From: Raja brachyura | Lineage: Eukaryota | DNA length: 64,000 nucleotides | Assembly: GCA_963514005.1 (NCBI GenBank) | Contig: OY740803.1 | Location: 20,088,001-20,152,000, forward strand | Direction: 5' to 3' | Shown: positions 22,991 to 35,769 of the stretch, piece by piece | How the letters are laid out: each line of letters opens with the position of its first letter | How positions within the stretch are numbered: position 1 is the stretch's first letter | Notes under the pieces: generated by a model | What the model was told of the DNA's origin: nothing | The model's input: only the letters and a program-made list of their open reading frames with translations | The model's database searches: none | Program-made: the position numbers and the translations under genes

Positions 22991-25100
22991 ACAATCAATT
23001 TTCAATCCATGTCAATACCCGACCCCCAATACCATGTGCTCTAATTTTGTCCGCTAATGTGGGACCTTATCAAAGGCTTTTTGAAAGTCCAGATACACCA
23101 CATCTACTGGCTCCCCCTTATCCATTCTACTTGTTACATCCTCAAAAAATCCCAAAAGATTAGTCAAGCAAGATTCCCCCTTTGTGAATCCATGCTGACT
23201 TGGACTGATCCTGCTACTGATATCCAAATGCGCTGCGATTACATCTTTAATTATCGACTCCAGCATCTTCCACACCACCAATGTCAGGCTAACTGGTCTA
23301 TAATTCCCTGCTTTGTCTCACCCTCCTTTCTTTAAAAAGTGGGATAACATTAGCTACCCTACAATCCATAGGAACTTATCCAGAATCTATAGAACATTGG
23401 AAAATGATCACCAATGCCTCCACAATTTCTAAAGCCACTTCTTTAAGTACCCTGGGATGTAGACCACCAGGCCCTGGGGATTTATCAGTCTTCAGTCCCA
23501 CCAGTCCACCCAACACCATTTCCTGACTAATGTGAATTTCCTTCAGTTCCTCCATCACCCTAGATCCTCTGTCCCCGAATACATCTAGGAGATTGTTTGT
23601 GTCTTCCTTAGTGAAGACAGAACCAAAGTACCTGTTCAACTTGTCTGCCTTGTTCCCCCTAATAAATTCACCTGTTTCCGTCTTCAAGGGACCAACATTT
23701 GTCTTTACTAATCTTTTCCTCTTCACATACCTAAAGAAACTTTTACTATCTTGCTTTATATTCTTGGCAAGCTTACCTTCGTACTTCATCTTTTCAGTCA
23801 CCTTCTGTTGTTCTTTAAACATTCACCAATCCTCTGGCTTCCCGCTCATCTTTGCTATGTTATACGTCTTCTCTTTTTGTTTTATACTGCCCTTGACTTC
23901 CCTTGTCAACCACAGTTGCCTCTTACCCCCCTTACCTCCTAATAGTTCCTTTACCTTGAGTTCTCTCATCAAATCGATTCATTGCACAACACTAAATCCA
24001 GAATTACCTTCTCCCTGGCAGACTCCAGTACAAGCTGCTCTAAAAATCCAGCGCGGAGGCACTCCACAAACACCCTTTCTTGGGGTCCAGTACCAACCTA
24101 ATTTTCCCATTCGACCTGCATATTAAAATCTCCCATAACCACCATAGCATTACCTTTGTTACATGCAAATTTTAACTCCTGATGCAACTTGCACCCTATC
24201 TCCAGGCTACTGTTTGGGGGGCCTGTATATTAGTTTCTGCCCTCCCATTAGGGTCGTTTTGCCCTTACAATTTCTCAGTTCTATCTACAATGATCTACAT
24301 CTGATTCTATGTCACCCCTCGCAAAGGACTGAATATCATTCCTTACCAACAGAGCTACCCTACCCCCTCTGCACATCTGTCTGTCTTTTTGTTAGGACGT
24401 ATACGCCCGAATATTCAGTTCCCAGCTCCAATCCTCGTGCAGCAATGTATCTGTAATTCCCACAACATCATACCTACCAATCTCTAACTGAGCCCCAAGC
24501 TCATCTACTTTATTTCTTATACTTCGCACATTCATATATAACACTTTTAATTTGGTATTCACCTCCCCTCTCACACCGGTTCCTATTTCACTTGACTTTA
24601 CTCTCTTATCCCTTCTTGAACTTTCCGTCCCATTAATTCGGGTGTCTTTCATAACTTTACCTGTACTCTCTTTCCCTTTAACTCCATCCTTATATTTCCA
24701 ATTTGTCGACTCCTCCCCCCGGCTATTTAGTTTAAACCCACCCGTGTAGCACTAACAAACCTACCTGCCAGAATGTTGGTCCCCCTCCAGTTAAGGTGCA
24801 ACCCGTCCCTTTTGTATAGGCCCCCTTACCCCAGAAGAGATTCCAGTGGTCTATAAATCAGAATCCCTGCCCCCTGCATCAGCCGCTCAGCCACACATTC
24901 AGATCCCCTATCTCCCTGTTTCTGCCCTCACCAGCACGAGGTACTGTAAGCAATCCAGAGATAACCACCCTAGAGGTCCTGCTTTTCAGCCTTCTTCTGA
25001 AATCACTAAACACACATTGCCGAACCTCCTTCCTCTTCTTCCTGATGTCATTAGTGCCAACTTCCACAACCACTTCCGGCTGATCCCCTTCCCCTTTGAG

Positions 25101-25898
25101 CAGGCACGGAAATCGGTATCAAAATATGGGGGGGACACCATTTCTTGGCGGCCGCGCGAGCATGTGCACATTCACTCACACGCTAGGCATCAGAGGCTTC
25201 AGCCGTGGGCCCTTTGAACGGTAATTTCAGCTCAATCCAGCGCTAAATGCAGCTCAACTCTGCCTGTCTCGCCGGGTTAACCTACAGCCCTGCCTGGACT
25301 GACGGGACACCAGCCTGGAGTCGTGGAGCTAGCGCTGCTTCTCCGCGCTGGCTGTAAACCTGGGCCATATTTCCCTTAAATCCAGCCAGGGTTGGAGTTT
25401 AACCTGGCAGGACAGGCAGCGTTGAGCTAGATTTAGCGTTGCTTCTCTGCGCTGGCTGTGGGCCTGGGGGCACAGCTCCCGTCTGACTCCCGACGTCTCT
25501 GGCCACCCCCTGGAGATGGTCCAGTGGTAATTTGGCAGCGATTGTAGCGCCGGAGAGCTGGGATTGATCCTGGCTGCGGATGAGGCGCAGGTCTGTGTCC
25601 AGGGCTGCCAAGAGTGTTTTGGCACATCTCCCTCCTCCAATGACCACGTTCTATCCTCAGTCCCATCCCCCCCCCCCCCCCCCCCACTTCCACCTCTGAC
25701 CGACACGACCCTCCTCCAATGATCGTGCTGAATCATCATGTCCCGCCCCCATTGCCTGCTGACCGACGTCTCTCTCGTCCAATCGGCGCCCTCGATCAGC
25801 AGTCCCACCCCCACTGTCTCGCGGAAAGCGTAGATTTCACCAGGTTTTAAAATCCGGATTACAAAAAATCCCCCCCCCCCCCCGGATTTCCGCCCCTG
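25101..25898. mobile_element. Non-autonomous hAT element inserted in CR1 ORF1
   Basis: TIRs caggcacggaaatc / gatttccgcccctg; 8-bp TSD cctttgag / cccttgag. Confidence 0.8.
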
Positions 25899-27122
25899 CC
25901 CTTGAGGATGCCCAGCAATCAATTCAAGACGTCTTGAACACTGGCACCAGGGAGGCAACACACCATCCTCGAATCTCCTATCTGTACTTCCCACTATTGA
26001 GTCAACTACCACTACGGCGTTACCTGAGCCAAAGCGCTAGGATTTAATTGAAAGACCTGTCGCCGCACGGACTGGAAGTGTTTTAATTTTGCAAACATAA
26101 TGAAAATGTTAAATGTTTGCGTCATTTTTTGCTCTGATTGCAATCAGGCAATAATAGGTTAACTTTGACTATAAAATAAAAATCATTGCAGTGAGTGAGT
26201 CAACCTAAAATCCTTCAAGCTACAAACTGAGTTCCATCTCTGAAGAATGACAGTGATAAATACTCAATGATTCAATGATACTTTAATGTTGCACATATCT
26301 AGGTACAATGAAATGCTTTGTTTAGCAAACAACCTTGTAAAATTATATGGCAGGCTTCACCGAGCCAGCACACAAGTGTTGCAATGTTTTGCTGCCGGCT
26401 AAGTTACAAAACTGCGCCGAACAGTCTTATCTACTGCCTGCAGCCGCAAGTGGCAACAGCCCACCCCCCTCTTCCGCCGAATCCCCCCCTTTGATCTCGG
26501 TGATACCCCCCCCACCCCCAGCCAGGTCCCCCTTCGTTCTCTGCGTCCCCTGCTGGGTATCTCTCCAAGGGCCCTCCATCTTCTCCGACACCTCCTCTGT
26601 GAGCCTTGCTGCTTGATGTGAGGCATGGTTTTTTTCCATGCTTCTAGACTCCCCATAATTTTCATAAATTAGTTATGATTTACAATGGAATTTCGGTGAG
26701 CCCCGCATTGGGTTTAACCTTCATCCAGAGTTGAGTCTCCATTAGTATTGTCCTTATGTCCATGTCTCAGAATCCTGTCCATTCTGTGTCACAAGTGCCT
26801 TGTATAAATAAATTATAAAATCTATATTATCAAGAAGAAATCAGAGCAGCACAGTGGTTCAGTGGTATAGTTGGTGACTGACAACACCAGAGACCCGGGT
26901 TCGATCCCGACGACAGTAGTTGTCTGTACGGAGTTTGTACGTTTTCCCTGTGATTGCATGGGTTTCCTCCAGGTGCTTCTGTAAATTGTCCCGAGGGTGT
27001 AGAATAGTGCTAATGCAAGGGGATAGCACGGACTCAGTGGGCCAAAGGACCTGTTTCCCTGCTGCATCTCTAAAGTCTATTCGGTATTTTGAGACACGTT
27101 AATTATTTATTTTCTATTTCAG

Positions 27123-27266
27123 GACCTGAGCACTCGGAAACTAATGCAGCAACACACCAAGAGAAACCAAAAGAAAAGAAGAGAATTGGTGTTGGTCTTA
27201 TTCTTTCCATGGTTTTCTTAATGCTTCTGATATTCTCAGCAATGTTTTACTACAAGTTATCTCGAG
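27123..27266 (+). CDS. Stalk + transmembrane exon of the IgV gene (PEHSETNAATHQEKPKEKKRIGVGLILSMVFLMLLIFSAMFYYKLSR)
   Basis: Acceptor ttttctatttcag, 144 nt, phase 1-1, donor AG|gtaaac, ~22-aa hydrophobic helix. Confidence 0.82.
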
Positions 27267-29244
27267 GTAAACTATTAATTCTTATAATTGAAAGGATAAA
27301 ACTGATTTTTGCATAGCAGTTTTCGAAGAATCATTTTGTTTAAAGATACAGCATGGAAACAGGCCCTTCGGCCCACCAGCTCCACACTGACCATCGATCG
27401 GCTGTTCACATTAGTTCTATGTTATCCCACATTTGCATCCACTCCCTAACACAGACTTCTCTTGGTCCCTGGCACTGTTATCTCCTGAATTTATATATCA
27501 TATGCAGCCAGCTATAAAATGGAGAGTTAACTTTTTATTTTTGGAGCACGTTATGTATGGGCGGCACAGTGCGACAATTTTTTATAGAGGCCAATTAAAC
27601 CTACAAACCTGCACATCTTTGGGATGTGGGAGGAAACCGGAGCACCCAGAGGAAACCCACACGGTTATATGGAGAACGTGCAAACTCCACACAGACAGCA
27701 CCCGAGGTCAGAATTGAAGCCGGGCCTCTGGTACCGTGAGGCAGCAGCTCCACTCGCTGTGCCACTGAGCAACCTATTTTCTCTTTATTCGAATCTTGTG
27801 TGATTATAGATCTCACTAATCTATTCTCTGCCCACACATCATTGTCTCCATCACGGGAATCAGTTTAGTGAACAACCACTCAATCCTTACATAACAAACA
27901 CATTCCTTCTCACATCAATGGGACCAAAATGGCACATGAAACAGATTGGATTTCAGCCAGATCTTGTGCAGTTGCACAATTCAGCCTTGCTCCTGTACTC
28001 AAACCTTCTTGTAAAGGAGGCCTTGCCAGCTGAAGTGGCCACGACGTGGGTGGCCATTGGGTGGCTAGTGGCACATGGGTAGAGTTACTGCCTCACAGTG
28101 CTTGCAGCACCAGAGACCAGGGTGCGATCCTGACTACGGGTACTGTCTGATATTTTTAGTTTCCTCCCACAATCCAAAGACATACAGGTATGTAGGTTCA
28201 TTGGCTTGGTGTATGTGTAAATTGTCCCTAGTGTGTACAGGCTTGTGTTAAAGAGCAGGGATCACTGGTCGGTGCACCAAAGGGCCTGTTTCCACGCTGT
28301 AACTCTAAACTAAACTAACCTAAACTGAATGCTGCTTTCAATGGTTCAATAGTTTCTTTATTTTCGTATGTACCCAGGTACAGTTAAATACATTTTTTGC
28401 ATACAACTCAGCAAGACTATCCACGTACGTAAGCACCATTCCCAGTTTGCACAGAATTTAGAACAGTGCACTGTTTGAATGCAAGAGGTGTCATGTTACA
28501 GTCCCAGCTGCAGCTGGCCACAAAGGCCCGTTGCAGCCATCGCTTCAATCCGTGTCGTCCCGCGATCCGATGTCCCTCTCCTTGCACGGTTGCCTTATCC
28601 CTTGTTCCTGGGGGGGGGGGGGGGGGGGGGACGCCTCCCCAATGGAACTTGAGGGAGTAGAACATAAGACCCCCAGTTCTTCTTACTGGGCCCTTGGTCC
28701 AGCAACCGCTGTCGTCTCCTTCTATCCTCCTCCTCTCGCAGCGGGTGAGCTGGGCCTATTGTTGGGATGGGCAGTGCCTCGCAGGGGCCATTCATCCAGT
28801 GTCCACCGCCGTTTCTCTCCATCCTCCTCACCGGGCGGTTTCTGAATTCCCCCATTCCACGGCGGGTGAGTCAGGCCTGTTGGCACGTGGCTGCGGTCTG
28901 CCAGTATTCAATCTCAACAATTGGTGCACGTGGACACCAGATCATTGCACATTTCCTTTTGCCAGTCTATCATTGACTTGGATCATAATGCCTTCCTGTT
29001 TTAGAGTACCAATGTAAATAACCTCACTATTATCCACAGTAAACTCCATTAGCCTTACATTGGCCCATTCGCCTAACACCTCGAGACACGTCTAGAGTTT
29101 AAAAAAGATGAGAGTGTGGTGGTAGACAGGTGTGTGACATGGTGCATGGTTATGAAGCAATGCTCTCTAGGAAATAATCTTTCAGCTCTAACCTACTGTT
29201 AACCTGCCATTACTTGAATAATAATGTTGTGATTTTCTCTAAAG

Positions 29245-29289
29245 CACCGATGAGGAGATTTTCTGAAACATCGCATTCAAATTTAATAG
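29245..29289 (+). CDS. Cytoplasmic mini-exon (APMRRFSETSHSNLI)
   Basis: Acceptor gattttctctaaag, 45 nt, phase 1-1, donor AG|gtatgt. Confidence 0.65.
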
Positions 29290-30017
29290 GTATGTCATTT
29301 TTTTTTAAACAAAATGTTTTACAATGTCAATTAAGAGCGCCTACTTTAATTAGAACGAGGAACATGGAATGGTGTTGCATGGGAACAGGCCCTTTGGCCA
29401 ACAATGTATGCGCAGACCATGTTGCCAATCTAAATTCATTCCATCAGCCCGGACATTGTATATATCCCTCCATTTTCATCCTGACCAAATCCTATCTAAA
29501 CGCCTCTTAAATGTTGCTTCCAACACTTCCCCTGGTTGTGTGTTCCAGGCCCTTACCGCTGTGTTAAGAAAACTCTTTTAAACTATCCCCCTGTCAGCTT
29601 AAAGCTACAGGCTGTAATATTTGACATTTCCACACAGAGAAAAAGGCTGACTATCTACCCGCTCATTATTCTATAAACCTCTATCAACCTCCATCAAACC
29701 TCACTTAGCGTGCAATGCTCCAGAGAAAACAATCCATGTTTGTTCAATCTCTCCTTTTAGAATTTAGAACATTCTTTATTCAATCCAAAATCCAGGTATT
29801 CTCACCCTCTCCAACACTCCCGCTTCTTTTCTGCAGTACGGCAACAAGATCTGCGCACAATACTCCAAATGTAACGTCACCAATATTTTGCGCAGTTACA
29901 ACCTGACCTCCGGAATTATCAACACCCTCACCGATGAAGGGAACTATGCCTTCTCTACCAGCTTGACTACTTGAGTGTCACTTTCTAGGAGCTATGAACT
30001 TGCACGCTAAGATCCCT

Positions 30018-30119
30018 TGAAGCCTGAAGAAAGGTCTCGACCGGAAATATCACCTATTCCTTTTCTCCAGATGTGCTGTCTGACCCACTGAGTTACTCCA
30101 GCTTTTTGTGTCTATCCCC
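30018..30119 (+). mobile_element. Short hammerhead-motif Penelope-derived insertion with 9-bp TSD
   Basis: aagatccct at 30009-30017 and 30120-30128; core ctgaagaaaggtctcgaccggaaatatc. Confidence 0.75.
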
Positions 30120-30609
30120 AAGATCCCTCTGTACATTAGTGCTCCTAAGAGTCCTATCATTTATCGTATACATTCCTCTTGCATTTGACTTCCCAAAATG
30201 AAATCTTTGGGATGTGGGAGGAAACCAGAGCACCCAGAGGCAGCCTACACGGTAACAGGGAGAATGTGCAAACTCCACACAGACAGCACTCGAGGTTAAG
30301 TTCACAACTGGGTTCACTGGCACTGCGGGCCAACAGTTCTACTAGCTGTGCCACTGTACTGCCATTTATTTCCTGATGGATGACGCAGAGTTGAAGTGAC
30401 AAGACTTTACATGATCTGCAAACTAAATTCTTTTATCAAGTTAAATTTCAGAAACAAGTGTTAGATTTGGATATTAAAAATCCTCTTGTCTGTTTTCATA
30501 ATCATTCACATAAATTAGCAATATCATCACGTCTCGATATTTCCACCACAGCTCAAAGTACTGATAAATCACAATTCAAACAGCTAATTATATTTTACTT
30601 GTTTCCAAG

Positions 30610-30617
30610 CCAATTGA
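30610..30617 (+). CDS. Terminal coding exon of the IgV gene (A-N-stop) followed by AT-rich 3' UTR
   Basis: Acceptor ttttacttgtttccaag; phase-1 join gives GCC AAT TGA; unique AT-rich sequence follows. Confidence 0.5.
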
Positions 30618-31192
30618 CTGAGATCTGATCCTTCAGAGAAGAAGGGTGAATGAAGAGTGTATTAAACGGAGCAGAAATAGCAGGAAGAGACTTGACATTC
30701 TGAAGATTATGATCAGGCGTAACTCAAGTAAAAAAGAAAGATAACCTTTCTATATGATTACTCAAATTTCTTGGCAATGTTGTAAATCTTTGATGACTAA
30801 GAAAATATCATTATCATTAAAAAAAATTTTTTGACAATTTTCAACGTGTTTTTATTGTAATATGAAATTGACAAGTGCTGATAGTTTAAACATGACATTC
30901 TTTCTTGCATTCTAAATCCAAGTTCAGACTTATCCCATCAGCCAGATAAACACCCAGCCTTAACTTAATAGACACAAGAGTCACAGGTACAGCTACGTGC
31001 TGCCTTGTTTTATGCTCACTAGTGTATTAGGACCATGTTAGAGCAGGAGATTAACACAGTGATGAATGAAAGGTGGGCAAGTAGTTGTACATGCAACCTG
31101 GAAAAATAATAACCCAAAACAATGTGTGTTATGTGCAATGTCCCTTCAAATACTGTCAAATTTATATTCATGTGTACTGCACATCCTATGCT

Positions 31193-31198
31193 AATAAA
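31193..31198 (+). terminator. Candidate polyadenylation signal AATAAA of the IgV gene
   Basis: Lies at the end of the unique 3' UTR-like stretch, just before repeats resume. Confidence 0.45.
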
Positions 31199-31663
31199 AC
31201 CTGAGATTATAGTGAAGAATTTTTTGAATAAGTTCTGCTGATTTATCATCATGTCCTTAAAAGACACTTGGACAGGTACATGGATAGGGAAGGTTGGAAG
31301 GGTATGGACCAAACATAGGCAGATTAGCTTTGTTGTGGTATTTTGGTCAGCATGGACAAGCTGGGATGAAGAGCCTGTTCCCAGGATGTGTGACTCTATG
31401 ATGAGTGTCCTCACAATAGCCCAATGCTACAGAATGGGTCCAGAATACCATGTAGCCTCAAGTCACTGTGAGCAATGGAATTATCTTGCACTCCCTTGCA
31501 TCATGCTAAGATTTCTTTTAGTTTGGTTTAGAGATACAATATGAAAACAGGCCCTTCAGCTCACTGAGTCCATGCCGACCATCGACCACCCGTTCATACT
31601 AGTTCTACGTTATTCCACCTTCTCATCCACTTCCTTCACACTAGGGGCAAATTATAGGGATTA

Positions 31664-34621
31664 CTAGACTAAGTGGGACCCATTGCGTCCCAGCATCACA
31701 CAGGAGGGCTGGTCCCCCAACGCAATATTCCACCTCTCCACCAATTCCAATGTTGAATATCGGTGGCCAGTGGGGGGGGGGGGGGGGGGGTCGGGTTTGG
31801 AGTGCTAGTATGGGTGTTGTACGCTGAAGGGACTGGTTTCCAGAGGGCTAGTATGGACATTGTGGGCCGAATGGATTCTTGGGCTGATGGCTCAGTCACT
31901 CAAGCCTGTTGTGCTGGCAGCTCACTCTCTTGCGGCTGGTGGCCTCGCAGTTGACACGGCTATTCCTTGAAATTTCATTGCAAGCAGGGTGCAAGGGCAC
32001 CAAATTCAAGTGCAGTTTCATATCATTTCAAGCAGGGTGTAAGTCCACTAAAGACAGCGAGTCGTGACCTCTCCCTCCCCCCATCTCGCAGAGACTGAGC
32101 CACGCCCACACTTCCAGGTTTTATAGTCCCCCCACGTCCCACCAGAAGGAGTGTGACCTTCATGGTGTGATTGACAGGAGAGAGAACCTCAACATTTGCT
32201 AAACACTAATAACTCTTTTATTTTTCACCAATGAGAAATATCCTTGGCACCTGATGAGCAGAGGGGGACTCTGAGTAAGATGGCCAAAAATCACAGCCGT
32301 ACGTGGTAGCATGTTTTCTAAAATCAATATAAAGCACAAACAGGAAGTGGTCAAGATTAGACGTTTAATTATATAGAAGGCAGCTCTAATTAGGCAAGGC
32401 AGCTCTAATTAGGCAAGGCAGCTCGCTTTAGCACTTGCAAAACCAAAGGAAAGGCATCTCGCTTCAACACATTTCAAAACCAAAGGCAACGCAGCTCACT
32501 TTAGCACCTTCAAAACCAAAGGCAAGACAACTCAATTTAGCACTTTCAAAACCAAAGGCAATGTAGCTCGCTTTAGCACTTTCAAAACCAAAGGCAACAC
32601 AGCTATAGCACTTTCAAACCAAAACACAATTTTGCATTTTCAAACTACATTTTCAAACCACATAAAGGGCACTGACAGGTCAGTAAAACCACTCACAGTT
32701 TAGTAGACATGTGTTCAGAGTTAGTCACAGCTCAAAGTGAGAATTGTGACCTCTTGCTCCCCCATCTTGCAGAGAACTGAGGCACCTCCACACTTCCGGG
32801 TTTTATAGTCCCCCCGGAAGGGGCGTGGCCCTCAGGAGAGAGAATCTCAACATTATTTAAACACTAATAACTCTTTTATTTTTCATCTATGGGAAAAATC
32901 CTTGACACCTGATGAGTGGAGGGGGACTCTGAGTAAGATGGCCAAACATCACAGCCGTACGTGGTAGCATTCTTTCTAAAATCAATATCAAACGCAAACA
33001 GGAAGTGGTGAAGATTAGACTTTTAATTATATAGAAGGCCAGGGAGTTCTAATTAGGCAAGGCAGCTCGCTTTAGTACTTTCAAAACCAAAGGCAAGGCA
33101 GCTCGCTTTAGCACTTTCAAAACCAAAGGCAAGGCAGCTCACTTTAGCACTTTCAAAACCAAAGGCAAGGCAGCTCGCTTTAGCACTTTCAAAACCAAAG
33201 GCAAGGCAGTTTGCTTTAGCACTTTCAAAACCAAAGGCAACACAGCTCACTTTAGCATTTTCAAAACCAAAGGCGACACAGCTCACTTTAGCATTTTCAA
33301 AACCAAAGGCAACACAGCTTGCTTTAGCACTTTCAAAACCAAAGACAACACAGCTTTACCACTTTAAACCAAAACACACTTTTGCATTTCAAACTACATT
33401 TTCAAACCACATTAAGGGCACTGACAGGTCAGTAAAACCACTCACAGTGTAGTAGACATGTGTTCAGTGTTAGTCACAGCTCAGACTGAGGATTGCGATC
33501 TCTAGCTCCCCCATCTTGCAGAGAACTGAGGCACCTCCACACTTCCGGGTTCTATAGTCCCTCCGGAAGGGGCGTTGCCTTCAGGAGAGAGAATCTCAAC
33601 ATTATTTAAAGACTAATAACTCTTTTATTTTTCATCGATGGGAAAATTCCTTGGCACCTGATGAGCGGAGGGAGACTCTGAGTAAGATGGTCAAAGATCA
33701 CAGCCATACGTGGCAGCGTACTTTCTAAAATCAATATCAAGCGCAACCAGGAAGTGGTCAAGATTAAACTTTTAATTATATAGAAGGCAAGGCAGCTCTA
33801 ATTAGGCCAGGCAGCTCTAATTAGGCCAGGCAGCTCGCTTTAGTACTTTCAAATCCAAAGGCAAGGCAGCTCACTTTCACACTTTCAAAACCAAAGGCAA
33901 GGCAGCGCGCTTTAGCACTTTCAAAACTAAAGACAAGGCAGCTCGCTTTAGCACTTTCAAAACCAAAGGCAAGGCAGCTCGCTTTAGCACTTTCAAAACC
34001 AAAGGCATGGCAGCTCGCTTTAGCACTTTCAAAACTAAAGACAAGGCAGCTTGCTTTAGCACTTTCAAAACCAAAGGCAACACAGCTCGCTTTAGCACTT
34101 TCAAAACCAAAGGCAACACAGCTTGCTTTAGCACTTTCAAAACCAAAGGCAACACAGCTTGCTTTAGCACTTTCAAAACCAAAGGCAACACAGCTTTAGC
34201 ACTTTCAAACCAAAAGACACTTTTGCATTTTTAAACTACATTTTCAAACCACATTAAGGGCACTGACAGGTCAGTAAAACCACACAGTTTAGTAGACATG
34301 TGTACAGTATTATTTACAGCTCAGACTGAGAATTGCGACCTCTCGCTGCCCCATCTTGCAGAGAACTGAGGCACCTCCACACTTCCGGGTTTTATAGTCC
34401 CTCCGGAAGGCGTGTGGCCTTCAGGAGAGAGAATCTCAACATTTTTTAAACACTAATAACTCTTTTATTTTTCATCGTTGGGAAAATCCTCTTGTCCTGT
34501 GCAGCGGTGGGGGACTCTGAGTAAGATGGCCAAAACTCACAGCCATAAGTGGCAGCGTTTTTTCTAAAATCGACATACAGACAACAGGAAGTGGTCAAGA
34601 TCAGACTTTTAGTAATATAGA
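31664..34621 (-). mobile_element. Non-autonomous composite Helitron
   Basis: - strand begins A|TCTATATTACTAAAAG and ends with hairpin gggacgcaatgggtccc + acttagtCTAG|T. No TSD. Four tandem modules. Confidence 0.8.
32380..34215. repeat. Three arrays of a 30-bp minisatellite (gcagctcgctttagcactttcaaaaccaaaggcaag-type) within the Helitron
   Basis: Arrays at ~32410-32625, ~33055-33375 and ~33830-34215. Confidence 0.9.
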
Positions 34622-34879
34622 TAATCACGATCTGATTGTAATCATGTATAGTCTGTCGGCTGACTGGATAGCATGAAAGAAAAAAGCTTTACGCTTTACC
34701 TCGTACACGTGACAATAAACTAAACTAATCTCAACTAAGGCCACTTAAACTCCTAAACTCGTACATCTTTGGGATGTGGGAGGAAACCGGAACACCTGCA
34801 GAAAGTGTAAATTCCAAATAGACATCAGCTGAGGTCAGGATCAAACTCATGTCTGCCTGTGTTGCCTGTGCCACTGTTT

Positions 34880-35015
34880 GAAAAACAGACCCACCACTGC
34901 AGCTCTCCCGCTGTTCAACACCCAAGCATCACTCTAGATTTCTGTGCTCTGGAGTGGGATTTGAACCCACAACCTTCCAACCCAGAAATGTGAGCACTAA
35001 CCACTGAGCCACGAT
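34880..35015 (-). mobile_element. Old tRNA-derived SINE head of a different family (SacSINE/DeuSINE-like)
   Basis: Reverse complement gtggctcagtggttagtgctc...ggttgtgggttcaaatcccactccagag...aatctag. Confidence 0.5.
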
Positions 35016-35414
35016 GCTGTGAGATTTGAATGTGTGCTGCCGATATACAAAAGAAGAGTACGTGAAAATTAAATATTAGGCGAACTTCAGCCTTCAGAAA
35101 ATTGATGTCCCACTGGGAGTACTGTAAGTTCCTTTTGGGTCTCAACCTACTGTGTGATTTGCTCCTTGTTTGACACTGAGTGAAAAACAAAATTTTGCTC
35201 CAAATTCAATTGCAAAAGTTACAATGATATCAGCGTATGTTGAAGACCAGAGCAATGTGTGAATGGTGAAGGGGAAGAATGAGCTAAGTAGCAAGGTCTA
35301 ATTTCCTGATATGTTGGATTACCACCAGGAATCTGAGTAAATATTTCAAAGTATGCAAATATTATATACAGGAGAAATTTACCTACATGTACATGTATTT
35401 CTTTTGCACACATA

Positions 35415-35710
35415 AATTAGTTTAGTTTAGAGATGCAGCGCGGAAACAGGCCGTTCAGTCTACCAAGTCGGCGCCGACCAGCGATACCCGTACACTAGTA
35501 CTATCCTACACACTGGGGATCATTTTCCATTTTACTGAAGCCAATTAGCCTACAAATCTGTACTTTCTTGGAGTGTGGGGGGAAACCAGGGAGCCCGGAG
35601 AAAATCCACATAGGTCATGGGGAGAACGAACAAACTCCATATAGATAGCACCCGTAGACAGAATCGAACCTGGCTCTCTGGCGTTGTCAGGTAGCAACTC
35701 TATCGCTGTT
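35415..35710 (-). mobile_element. HE1-like SINE
   Basis: Consensus match. Confidence 0.85.
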
Positions 35711-35769
35711 GTTTCTCTTCAGTATTTAATAGATGGCCTTTCCCCTTAACCTCCCATATTTTCTTATTA

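Larger units (their letters stand above)
21020..26080 (-). mobile_element. Near full-length degenerate CR1 LINE (ORF1 SGNH esterase, ORF2 APE endonuclease-RT) with nested insertions
   Basis: VVEVGTNDI (ORF1), LYMNVRSIRNKVDEL (EN), VYLDFQKAFDKVPH, SQGSILG, KVADDT (RT). Many stops and frameshifts. Confidence 0.9.

Noticed and set aside
25329-26012. 227-aa ORF as a host gene
   Set aside because: Chimeric read-through of a CR1 ORF1 remnant into a GC-rich hAT MITE.
28540-29090. Possible LTR-retroelement or viral fragment
   Set aside because: No recognisable motif in any frame; cannot be supported without a search.
33053-34234. Repetitive ORFs (LPLVLKVLKRAA / CLAFGFESAKAS) and CRISPR-like periodicity
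   Set aside because: Translation of a 30-bp minisatellite; there are no unique spacers and the context is a eukaryotic Helitron.
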